A stretch of DNA of 64,000 nucleotides from Eledone cirrhosa. Lineage: Eukaryota. A program made the position numbers and the translations under genes. Below are positions 13,001 through 25,200 of the stretch, piece after piece. The stretch covers positions 16,368,001-16,432,000 of the forward strand of contig OZ024744.1 of NCBI GenBank assembly GCA_964016885.1. Direction: 5' to 3'. The notes beneath the pieces are model-generated. The model was not told the origin of the DNA, did not search any database, and saw only the letters and a list, made by a program, of their open reading frames with translations. Positions within the stretch are counted from its first letter, which is position 1, and each line of letters begins with the position of its first letter.

Positions 13001-16000
13001 AATGAGAATCTGAAGGAAGTTGGAGAAGGAGAGTATGAAGGAAGTTGAAGGAGAAGAATATGAAGGAACTTGAAGAAGGAGAATCTGAAGGAAGTTGGAG
13101 ATGGAGAGTATGGAGGAAGTTAGAGAAGGAGAATATGAAGGAAATTGAAGGAAGAGAAAATGAACGAAGTTGGAGAAAGAGAATATGAAGGAAGTTGAAG
13201 GAGGAGAATATGAAGGAAGTTGAAGAAGGAGAATCAGAAGGAAGTTGGAGAAGGAGAGTATGAAGGAAGTTGAAGAAGGAGAATCTGAAAGAAGTTGGAG
13301 AAGGAGAGTATGAAGGAAGTTGGAGATGGAGAATCTGAGAGAAGTTGGAGAAAGAGAGTATGAAGTAATTTGAAGGAGAAGAATATGAAGTAAGTTGAAG
13401 AAGGAGAATCTGAAGGAAGTTGGAGAAGGAGAGCATGAATGAAGTTGAAGAAGGAGAATCTGAAGGAAGTTGGAGAAAGAGAGTATGAAGGAAGTTGAAG
13501 GAGGAGTATATGAACGAAGTTGGAGATGGAGAATATGAAGAAAGTTGAAGTAGGAGAATATGAAGTAAGTTGAAGAAGGAGAATCAGAAGGAAGTTGGAG
13601 AAGGAGAGTATGAAGGAAGTTGGACAAGGAGAATATGAAGGAAGTTGAAGGAGCAGAATATGAAGGAAGTTGGAGAAGGAGAGTATGAAGGAAGTTGGAG
13701 AAGGAGAATATGAAGGAAGTTGGAGAAGGAGAGTATGAAGGAAGTTGGAGAAGGAGAATATGAAGAAAGTTGAAGGAGGAGAATATGAAGGAAGTTGGAG
13801 GAGGAGAGTATGAAGGAAGTTGGAGAAGGAGAGTATGAAGGAGGTTGGAGAAGGAGAATATGAAGGAAGTTGGAGAAGGAGAGTATGAAGGAGCTTGGAA
13901 TTGTAGAGTATGAAGGAAGTTGTAGAAGGATAATATGAAGGAAGTTTGAGAAGGAGAATATGAAGGAAGTTGGAGGAGGAGAGTATGAAGGAAGTAGGAG
14001 AAGGAGAATCCGACGGATGTTGGAGAAGGAGAGTAGGAAAGAAGTTGGAGAAGGATAATATGAAAGAAGTTGGATGAGGAGAATATGAAGGAAATTGAAG
14101 GAGGAGAATATTAAAGAAGTTGGAAAAGGAGAGTATGAAGGAAGTTGGAGAAAGAGAATCTGAAGGAAGTTGGAGAAGAAGAGTATGAAGGAAGTTGGAG
14201 AAGGAGACTATGAAGGAAGTTGGAGAAGGAAAGTATGAAGGAAGTTGGAGAAGGAGAGTATGAAGGAAGTTGGAGAAGGAGATTATGAAGGAAGTTGGAG
14301 AAGGAGAGTATGAAGGAAGTTGGAGAAGTAGCGTATGATGGAAGTTGGAGAAGGAGATTATGAAGGAAGTTGAATAAGGAGAATATGAAGGAAGTTGGAG
14401 AAGGAGTGTATGAAGGAAGTTGGAGAAGGAGAGTATGAAGGGGGCTGGAGGAGGAGAATATGAAGGAAGTTGGAGAAGGAGAGTATGAAGGAAGTTGGAG
14501 AAGTAGAATATGAAGGAAGTTGGGGAAGAAGGTATGAAGGAAGTTGGAGAAGGAGAGTCTGAAGGAAGTTGGAGATGGAGAGTATGAAGGAAGTTGAAGA
14601 AGGAGAGTATGAAGGAAGTTGGAGAAGTAGAGTATGAAGGAAGTTGGAGATGGAGAGTATGAAGGAAGTTGAATAAGGAGAATATCAAGGAAGTTGGAGA
14701 AGGAGAGTGTGATTGAAGTTGGAGAAGAAGAGTATGAAGGAAGTTGGAGAAGGAGAATATGAAGGAAGTTGGAAAAGGAGAGTATGAAGGAGGTTGGAGG
14801 AGGAGAGTATGAAGGAAGTTGGAGATGGAGAATATGAAGGAAGTTGGAGAAGGATAATGTGAAGGAAGTTGGAGATGGAGTGTATGAAGGTAGTTGGAGA
14901 AGGAGAATATGAAGGAAGTTGAAGGAGCAGAATATGAAGGAAGTTGAAGAAGGAGAATATGAAGGAAGTTGGAGAAGGAGAGTATGAAGGAAGAAAATAT
15001 GAAGGAAGTTGGAGAAGGAGAGTATGAAGGAAGTTGGAGAAGGAGAATATGAAGGAAGTTGAAGAAGGAAAATATGAAGGAAGTTGCAGAAGGATAATAT
15101 GAAGGAAGTTGGAGAAGGCGAGTATGAAGGAAATTGGAGAAGGAGAGTATGAAGGAGGTTGGAGGAGGAGAGTATGAAGGAAGTTGGAGAAGGAGAATAT
15201 GAAGGAAATTGGAGAAGGAGCGTATGAAGGAAGTTGGAGAAAAAGAATATGGAGGAAGTTGTGGAAGAAGGTATGAAGGAAGTTGGAGAAGGAGAGTATG
15301 AATAAAGTTGGAGAAGGAGAGTATGAAGGAAGTTGAAGGAAGAAAATATGAAGGAAGTTGGAGGAGGAGAATATGAAGGAAGTTGGAGAAGGAGAATATG
15401 AAGGAAGTTGGAGAAGGAAAATATGAAGGATGTTGGAGAAGGATAATATGAAAGAAGTTGGAGAAGGAGAGTATGAAGGAAGTTGGAGAAGGAGAGTATG
15501 AAGGAAGTTGGAGAAGTAGCGTATGAAGGAAGTTGAAGGAGAAGAATATTAAGGAAGTTGAAGAAGGAGAATATGAAGGAAGTTGGAGAAGGAGAGTATG
15601 AAGGAAGTTGAAGGAAGAAAATATGAAGGAAGTTGAAAGGAGAAGAATATGAAGGAAGTTGGAGAAGGAAAATATGAAGGATGTTGGAGAAGGAGAGTAT
15701 GAAGGAAGTTGTAGAAGGAGCGTATGAAGGAAGTTGGAGAAGGAGATTATGAAGGAAGTTGGAGAAGGAGAGTATGAAGGAAGTTGGAGAAGGAGAATAT
15801 GAAGGAAGTTGGGGAAGAAGGTATGAAGGAAGTTGGAGAAGGAGAGTATGAAGGAAGTTGGAGAAGGAGAGTATGAAGGAATTTGGAGAAGGAGAGTATG
15901 AAGGAAGTTGAAGGAAGAAAATATGAAGGAAGTTGGAGAAGGAGAGTATTAAGGAAGTTGGGGAAGAATGTATTAAGGAAGTTGGAGAAGGAGAGTATGA

Positions 16001-16112
16001 AGGATGTTGGAGAAGGAGAGTATGAAGGAAGTTGGAGAAGGAGAGTTTGAAGGAAGTTGAAGTAGGAGAATATGAAGGAAGTTGAAGAAGGAGAGTATGA
16101 AGGAAGTTGAAG
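1017..16112 (+). repeat. Higher-order tandem duplication, period 7594 bp (copy A ~1017-8518, copy B ~8611-16112)
   Basis: ORF-track entries recur at +7594 (1281/8875, 1615/9209, 4493/12087, 5640/13234) with near-identical translations. Rare markers recur at the same offset: AGGAATGAAG 1131/8725 and CCGAC 6416/14010. Confidence 0.95.
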
Positions 16113-19100
16113 GAGGAGAACATGAAGGAAGTTGAAGAAGGAGAATCTGAAGGAAGTTGGAGAAGGTGAGTATGAAGGAAGTTGAAGGAGGAGAATATGA
16201 AGGAAATTGAAGGAGGAGAATATGAACGAATTTGGAGAAGGAGAGTATGAAGGAAGTTGGAGAATGAGAATCTGAAGGAAGTTGGAGAAGGAGAGTATGA
16301 AGGAAGTTGGAGAAGGAGAATCTGAAGGAAGTTGGAGAAGGAGAGTATGAAGGAAGTTGGAGAAGTAGAGTATGAAGAAAGTTGGAGAAGGAGAATAGGA
16401 ATGAAGTTGTGGAAGAAGGTATGAAAGAAGTTGGAGAAGGAGAATATGAAGGAAGTTGAAGGAGGAGAATATGAAGGAAGTTGAAGAAGGAAAATATGAA
16501 AGAAGTTGGAGAAGGAGAGTATGCAGGAAGTTAGAGAAGGAGAGTATGAAGGAAGTTGGAGATGGAGAGTATGAAAGAAGTTGAATAAGGAGAATATCAA
16601 GGAAGTTGGAGAAGGAGAGTGTGAAGGAAGTTGGAGAAGGAGAATCTGAAGGAAGTTGGAAAAGGAGAGTATGAAGGAGGTTGGAGGAGGAGAGTATGAA
16701 GGAAGTTGGAGATGGAGAATATGAAGGAAGTTGGAGAAGGATAATATGAGGGAAGTTGGAGAAGGAGTGTATGAAGGAAGTTGGAGAAGGAGAATATGAA
16801 GGAAGTTGAAGGAGGAGAATATGAAGGAAGTTGAAGAAGGAGAATATGAAGGAATTTGGAGAAGGAGAGTATGAAGGAAGTTGGAGAAGGAGAGTATGAA
16901 GGAAGTTGGAGAAGGAGAGTATGAAGGAGGTTGGAGGAGGAGAGTATGAAGGAAGTTAGAGAAGGAGAATATGAAGGAAGTTGGAGAAGGAGAGTATGAA
17001 GTAAGTTGGAGAAAAAGAATATGAAGGAAGGTGTGGAAGGAAGTTGGAGAAGGAGAGTATGAAGAGAGTTGGAGAAGGAGAGTATGAAGGAAGTTGGAGA
17101 AGGAGAGTATGAAGGAAGTTGAAGAAGGAGAATATGAAGGAAGTTGGAGAAGGAAAGTATGAAGGAAGTTGGAGAAGGAGAGTATGAAGGAATTTGGAGA
17201 AGGAGAGTATGAAGGAAGTTGAAGGAAGAATATATGAAGGAAGTTGGAGAAGGAGAGTATGAAGGAAGTTGGGGAAGGAGAGTATGAAGGAAGTTGGAGA
17301 AGGAGAGTATGAAGGAAGTTGGAGAAGGAGAGTATGACGGAAGTTGGAGAAGGAGAGTATGAAGGAAGTTGAAGAAGGAGAATATGAAGGAAGTTGGAGA
17401 AGGAGAATCTGAAGGAAGTTGGAGAAGGAGAGTATGAAGGAAGTTGAAGAAGGAGAATCTGAAGAAAGTTGGAGAAGGAGAGTATGAAGGAAGTTGGTGG
17501 AGGAGAATATGAAGGAAGTTGAAGGAGGAGAATATGAACGAAGTTGAAGAAGGAGAATATGAAGGAAGTTGAAGGGGGAGAATATGAAGGAAGTTGAAGA
17601 AGGAGAATCAGAAGGAAGTTGAAGAAGGAGAGAATGAAGGAAGTTGAAGAAGGAGAATCTGAAAGATGTTGGAGAAGGAGAGTAGTAAGGAAGTTGGAGA
17701 AGGAGAGTATGAAGGAAGTTGAAGGAGAAGTATATGAAGGAAGTTGAAGAAGGAGAATCTGAAGGAAGTTGGAGAAAGAGAGTATGAAGGAAGTTGAAGA
17801 AGGAGAATCTGAAGGAAGTTGGAAAAGGAGTGTATGAAGGAAGTTGGAGAAGGAGAGTATGAAGGAGGTTGGAGGTGGAGAGTATGAAGGAAGTTGGAGG
17901 AGGAGAGTATGAAGGAAGTTGGAGAAAGAGAGTATGAAGGAAGTTGAAGAAGGAGAATCTGAAGGAAGTTGGAAAAGGAGTGTATGAAGGAAGTTGGAGA
18001 AAGATAATATGAAGGAAGTTGGAGAAGCCGAGTATGAAGGAAGTTGAAGAAGGAGAATCTGAAGGAAGTTGGAAAAGGAGTGTATGAAGGAAGTTGGAGA
18101 AGGAGAGTATGAAGGAGGTTGGAGGTGGAGAGTATGAAGGAAGTTGGAGGAGGAGAGTATGAAGGAAGTTGGAGAAGGAGAATATGAAGGAAGTTGGAGA
18201 AGGAGAGTATGAAGGAGGTTGGAGGAGTAGAGTATGAAGGAAGTTGGAGAAAGATAATATGAAGGAAGTTGGAGAAGCCGAGTATGAAGGAAGTTGGAGA
18301 AGGAGAGTATGAAGGAGGTTGGAGGTGGAGAGTATGAAGGAAGTTGGAGGAGGAGAGTATGAAGGAAGTTGGAGAAGGAGAATATGAAGGAATTTGGAGA
18401 AGGAGAGTATGAAGGAGGTTGGAGGAGTAGAGTATGAAGGAAGTTGGAGAAAGATAATATGAAGGAAGTTGGAGAAGCCGAGTATGAAGGAAGTTGGAGA
18501 AGGAGAGTATGAAGGAAGTTGGAGAAGGAAGTTGGAGAAGGAGAGTATGAAGGAAGTTGGATAAGGATAGTATGAAGGAAGTTGGAGAAGGAGAATATGA
18601 AGGAAGTTGGAGAAGGAGAGTATGAAGGAAGTTGAAGGAAGAAAATATGAAGAAAGTTGGAGAAGGAGAGTATGAAGGAAGGTGGAGAAGGAGAATATGA
18701 AGTAAGTTGAAGAAGGAGAATCAGAAGGAAGTTGGAGAAGGAGAGTATGAAGGAAGTTGGAGAAGGAGAGTATGAAGGAAGTTGGAGAAGGAGAGTATGA
18801 AGGAGGTTGGAGGAGGAGAGTATGAAGGAAGTTAGAGAAGGAGAATATGAAGGAAGTTGGAGAAGGAGAGTATGAAGTAAGTTGGAGAAAAAGAATATGA
18901 AGGAAGGTGTGGAAGAAGGTATGAAGGAAGTTGGAGAAGGAGAGAATGAAGAGAGTTGGAGAAGGAGAGTATGAAGGAAGTTGGAGAAGGAGAGTATGAA
19001 GGAAGTTGGAGAAGGAGAGTATGAAGGAAGTTGAAGAAGGAGAATATGAAGGAAGTTGGAGAAGAAGAGTATGAAGGAAGTTGAAGGAGGAGAACATGAA

Positions 19101-19289
19101 GGAAGTTGAAGAAGGAGAATCTGAAGGAAGTTGGAGAAGGAGAGTATGAAGGAAGTTGAAGGAGGAGAATATGAAGGAATTTGGAGAAGGAGAGTATGAA
19201 GGAAGTTGGAGAAGGAGAGTATGAAGGAAGTTGGAGAAGGAGAGTATGAAGGAGGTTGGAGGAGGAGAATATGAACGAATTTGGAGAAG

Positions 19290-22200
19290 GAGAGTATGAA
19301 GGAAGTTGGAGAATGAGAATCTGAAGGAAGTTGGAGAAGGAGAGAATGAAGGAAGTTGAAGAAGGAGAATCTGAAAGATGTTGGAGAAGGAGAGTATTAA
19401 GGAAGTTGAAGAAGGAGAATCTGAAGGAAGTTGGAGAAAGAGAGTATGAAGGAAGTTGAAGAAGGAGAATCTGAAGGAAGTTGGAAAAGGAGAGTATGAA
19501 GGAAGTTGGAGAAGGAGAATATGAAGGAAGTTGGAGAAGGAGAGTATGAAGGAAGTTGAAGAAGGAAAATCTGAAGGAAGTTGGAGGAGAGTCTGAAGGT
19601 AGTTGGAGAAGGAGAATATGAAGGAAGTTGAAGAAGGAGAATCAGAAGGAAGTTGGAGAAGGAGAGTATGAAGGAAGTTGGAGAAGGAGAGTATGAAGGA
19701 AGTTGGAGAAGGAGAGTATGAAGGAAGTTGGAGAAGGAGAATCTGAAGGAAGTTGGAGAAGGAGAGTATGAAGGAAGTTGAAGGAGGAGAATATGAAGGA
19801 AGTTGAAGGAGGAGAATATGAACGAATTTGGAGAAGGAGATTATGAAGGAAGTTGGAGAATGAGAATCTGAAGGAAGTTGGAGAAGGAGAGTATGAAGGA
19901 AGTTGGAGAAGGAGAATCTGAAGGAAGTTGGAGAAGGAGAGTATGAAGGAAGTTGAAGAAGGAGAATCTGAAGGAAGTTGGAGAAGGAGAGTATGAAGGA
20001 AGTTGGGGGAGGAGAATATGAAGGAAGTTGGAGGAGAATATGAACGAAGTTGAAGAAGGAGAATATGAAGGAAGTTGAAGGGGGAGAATATGAAGGAAGT
20101 TGAAGAAGGAGAATCAGAAGGAAGTTGGAGAAGGAGAGAATGAAGGAAGTTGAAGAAGGAGAATCTGAAAGATGTTGGAGAAGGAGAGTAGTAAGGAAGT
20201 TGGAGAAGGAGAATCTGAAGGAAGTTGGAGAAGGAGAGTATGAAGGAAGTTGAAGGAGAAGTATATGAAGGAAGTTGAAGAAGGAGAATCTGAAGGAAGT
20301 TGGAGAAAGAGAGTATGAAGGAAGTTGAAGAAGGAGAATCTGAAGGAAGTTGTAAAAGGAGAGTATTAAGGAAGTTGGAGAAGGAGAATATGAAGGAAGT
20401 TGGAGGAGGAGAGTATGAAGGAAGTTGAAGAAGGAAAATCTGAAGGAAGTTGGAGGAGAGTATGAAGGAAGTTGGAGAAGGAGAGTAGTAAGGAAGTTGG
20501 AGAAGGAGAATCTGAAGGAAGTTGGAGAAGGAGAGTATGAAGGAAGTTGAAGGAGAAGTATATGAAGGAAGTTGAAGGAGGAGAATATAAACGAATTTGG
20601 AGAAGGAGAGTATGAAGGAAGTTGGAGAATGAGAATCTGAAGGAAGTTGGAGAAGGAGAGTATGAAGGAAGTTGAAGGAGAAGAATATGAAGGAACTTGA
20701 AGAAGGAGAATCTGAAGGAAGTTGGAGATGGAGAGTATGGAGGAAGTTAGAGAAGGAGAATATGAAGGAAGTTGGAGGAGAGTATTCAGGAAGTTGGAGA
20801 AAGAGAGTATGAAGGAAGTTGAAGGAGGAGTATATGAACGAAGTTGGAGATGGAGAATATGAAGAAAGTTGAAGTAGGAGAATATGAAGTAAGTTGAAGA
20901 AGGAGAATCAGAAGGAAGTTGGAGAAGGAGAGTATGAAGGAAGTTGGAGAAGGAGAATATGAAGGAAGTTGAAGGAGCAGAATATGAAGGAAGTTGGAGA
21001 AGGAGAGTATGAAGGAAGTTGGAGAAGGAGAATATGAAGGAAGTTGGAGAAGGAGAGTATGAAGGAAGTTGGAGAAGGAGAATATGAAGAAAGTTGAAGG
21101 AGGAGAATATGAAGGAAGTTGGAGGAGGAGAGTATGAAGGAAGTTGGAGAAGGAGAGTATGAAGGAGGTTGGAGAAGGAGAATATGAAGGAAGTTGGAGA
21201 AGGAGAGTATGAAGGAGATTGGAATTGTAGAGTATGAAGGAAGTTGTAGAAGGATAATATGAAGGAAGTTTGAGAAGGAGAATATGAAGGAAGTTGGAGG
21301 AGGTGAGTATGAAGGAAGTAGGAGAAGGAGAATCCGACGGACGTTGGAGAAGGAGAGTAGGAAAGAAGTTGGAGAAGGATAATATGAAAGAAGTTGGATA
21401 AGGAGAATATGAAGGAAATTGAAGGAGGAGAATATTAAAGAAGTTGGAAAAGGAGAGTATGAAGGAAGTTGGAGAAAGAGAATCTGAAGGAAGTTGGAGA
21501 AGAAGAGTATGAAGGAAGTTGGAGAAGGAGACTATGAAGGAAGTTGGAGAAGGAAAGTATGAAGGAAGTTGGAGAAGGAGAGTATGAAGGAAGTTGGAGA
21601 AGGAGATTATGAAGGAAGTTGGAGAAGGAGAGTATGAAGGAAGTTGGAGAAGGAGCGTATGATGGAAGATGGAGAAGGAGATTATGAAGGAAGTTGAATA
21701 AGGAGAATATGAAGGAAGTTGGAGAAGGAGTGTATGAAGGAAGTTGGAGAAGGAGAGTATGAAGGGGGCTGGAGGAGGAGAATATGAAGGAAGTTGGAGA
21801 AGGAGAGTATGAAGGAAGTTGGAGAAGTAGAATATGAAGGAAGTTGGGGAAGAAGGTATGAAGGAAGTTGGAGAAGGAGAGTCTGAAGGAAGTTGGAGAT
21901 GGAGAGTATGAAGGAAGTTGAAGAAGGAGAGTATGAAGGAAGTTGGAGAAGTAGAGTATGAAGGAAGTTGGAGATGGAGAGTATGAAGGAAGTTGAATAA
22001 GGAGAATATCAAGGAAGTTGGAGAAGGAGAGTGTGATTGAAGTTGGAGAAGAAGAGTATGAAGGAAGTTGGAGAAGGAGGATATGAAGGAAGTTGGAAAA
22101 GGAGAGTATGAAGGAGGTTGGAGGAGGAGAGTATGAAGGAAGTTGGAGATGGAGAATATGAAGGAAGTTGGAGAAGGATAATGTGAAGGAAGTTGGAGAA

Positions 22201-25200
22201 GGAGTGTATGAAGGTAGTTGGAGAAGGAGAATATGAAGGAAGTTGAAGGAGCAGAATATGAAGGAAGTTGAAGAAGGAGAATATGAAGGAAGTTGGAGAA
22301 GGAGAGTATGAAGGAAGAAAATATGAAGGAAGTTGGAGAAGGAGAGTATGAAGGAAGTTGGAGAAGGAGAATATGAAGGAAGTTGAAGAAGGAAAATATG
22401 AAGGAAGTTGCAGAAGGATAATATGAAGGAAGTTGGAGAAGGCGAGTATGAAGGAAGTTGGAGAATGAGAATCTGAAGGAAGTTGGAGAAGGAGAGAATG
22501 AAGGAAGTTGAAGAAGGAGAATCTGAAAGATGTTGGAGAAGGAGAGTATTAAGGAAGTTGGAGAAGGAGAATCTGAAGGAAGTTGGAGAAGGAGAGTATG
22601 AAGGAAGTTGAAGGAGAAGTATATGAAGGAAGTTGAAGAAGGAGAATCTGAAGGAAGTTGGAGAAAGAGAGTATGAAGGAAGTTGAAGAAGGAGAATCTG
22701 AAGGAAGTTGGAAAAGGAGAGTATGAAGGAAGTTGGAGAAGGAGAATATGAAGGAAGTTGGAGAAGGAGAGTATGAAGGAAGTTGAAGAAGGAAAATCTG
22801 AAGGAAGTTGGAGGAGAGTCTGAAGGAAGTTGGAGAAGGAGAATATGAAGGAAGTTGAAGAAGGAGAATCAGAAGGAAGTTGGAGAAGGAGAGTATGAAG
22901 GAAGTTGGAGAAGGAGAGTATGAAGGAAGTTGGAGAAGGAGAGTATGAAGGAAGTTGAAGAAGGAAAATCTGAAGGAAGTTGGAGGAGAGTCTGAAGGAA
23001 GTTGGAGAAGGAGAATATGAAGGAAGTTGAAGAAGGAGAATCAGAAGGAAGTTGGAGAAGGAGAGTATGAAGGAAGTTGGAGAAGGAGAGTATGAAGGAA
23101 GTTGGAGAAGGAGAGTATGAAGGAAGTTGGAGAAGGAGAATCTGAAGGAAGTTGGAGAAGGAGAGTATGAAGGAAGTTGAAGGAGGAGAATATGAAGGAA
23201 GTTGAAGGAGGAGAATATGAACGAATTTGGAGAAGGAGATTATGAAGGAAGTTGGAGAATGAGAATCTGAAGGAAGTTGGAGAAGGAGAGTATGAAGGAA
23301 GTTGGAGAAGGAGAATCTGAAGGAAGTTGGAGAAGGAGAGTATGAAGGAAGTTGAAGAAGGAGAATCTGAAGGAAGTTGGAGAAGGAGAGTATGAAGGAA
23401 GTTGGGGGAGGAGAATATGAAGGAAGTTGGAGGAGAATATGAACGAAGTTGAAGAAGGAGAATATGAAGGAAGTTGAAGGGGGAGAATATGAAGGAAGTT
23501 GAAGAAGGAGAATCAGAAGGAAGTTGGAGAAGGAGAGAATGAAGGAAGTTGAAGAAGGAGAATCTGAAAGATGTTGGAGAAGGAGAGTAGTAAGGAAGTT
23601 GGAGAAGGAGAATCTGAAGGAAGTTGGAGAAGGAGAGTATGAAGGAAGTTGAAGGAGAAGTATATGAAGGAAGTTGAAGAAGGAGAATCTGAAGGAAGTT
23701 GGAGAAAGAGAGTATGAAGGAAGTTGAAGAAGGAGAATCTGAAGGAAGTTGTAAAAGGAGAGTATTAAGGAAGTTGGAGAAGGAGAATATGAAGGAAGTT
23801 GGAGGAGGAGAGTATGAAGGAAGTTGAAGAAGGAAAATCTGAAGGAAGTTGGAGGAGAGTATGAAGGAAGTTGGAGAAGGAGAGTAGTAAGGAAGTTGGA
23901 GAAGGAGAATCTGAAGGAAGTTGGAGAAGGAGAGTATGAAGGAAGTTGAAGGAGAAGTATATGAAGGAAGTTGAAGGAGGAGAATATAAACGAATTTGGA
24001 GAAGGAGAGTATGAAGGAAGTTGGAGAATGAGAATCTGAAGGAAGTTGGAGAAGGAGAGTATGAAGGAAGTTGAAGGAGAAGAATATGAAGGAACTTGAA
24101 GAAGGAGAATCTGAAGGAAGTTGGAGATGGAGAGTATGGAGGAAGTTAGAGAAGGAGAATATGAAGGAAGTTGGAGGAGAGTATTCAGGAAGTTGGAGAA
24201 AGATAGTATGAAGGAAGTTGAAGGAGGAGTATATGAACGAAGTTGGAGATGGAGAATATGAAGAAAGTTGAAGTAGGAGAATATGAAGTAAGTTGAAGAA
24301 GGAGAATCAGAAGGAAGTTGGAGAAGGAGAGTATGAAGGAAGTTGGAGAAGGAGAATATGAAGGAAGTTGAAGGAGCAGAATATGAAGGAAGTTGGAGAA
24401 GGAGAGTATGAAGGAAGTTGGAGAAGGAGAATATGAAGGAAGTTGGAGAAGGAGAGTATGAAGGAAGTTGGAGAAGGAGAATATGAAGAAAGTTGAAGGA
24501 GGAGAATATGAAGGAAGTTGGAGGAGGAGAGTATGAAGGAAGTTGGAGAAGGAGAGTATGAAGGAGGTTGGAGAAGGAGAATATGAAGGAAGTTGGAGAA
24601 GGAGAGTATGAAGGAGATTGGAATTGTAGAGTATGAAGGAAGTTGTAGAAGGATAATATGAAGGAAGTTTGAGAAGGAGAATATGAAGGAAGTTGGAGGA
24701 GGTGAGTATGAAGGAAGTAGGAGAAGGAGAATCCGACGGACGTTGGAGAAGGAGAGTAGGAAAGAAGTTGGAGAAGGATAATATGAAAGAAGTTGGATAA
24801 GGAGAATATGAAGGAAATTGAAGGAGGAGAATATTAAAGAAGTTGGAAAAGGAGAGTATGAAGGAAGTTGGAGAAAGAGAATCTGAAGGAAGTTGGAGAA
24901 GAAGAGTATGAAGGAAGTTGGAGAAGGAGACTATGAAGGAAGTTGGAGAAGGAAAGTATGAAGGAAGTTGGAGAAGGAGAGTATGAAGGAAGTTGGAGAA
25001 GGAGATTATGAAGGAAGTTGGAGAAGGAGAGTATGAAGGAAGTTGGAGAAGGAGCGTATGATGGAAGATGGAGAAGGAGATTATGAAGGAAGTTGAATAA
25101 GGAGAATATGAAGGAAGTTGGAGAAGGAGTGTATGAAGGAAGTTGGAGAAGGAGAGTATGAAGGGGGCTGGAGGAGGAGAATATGAAGGAAGTTGGAGAA

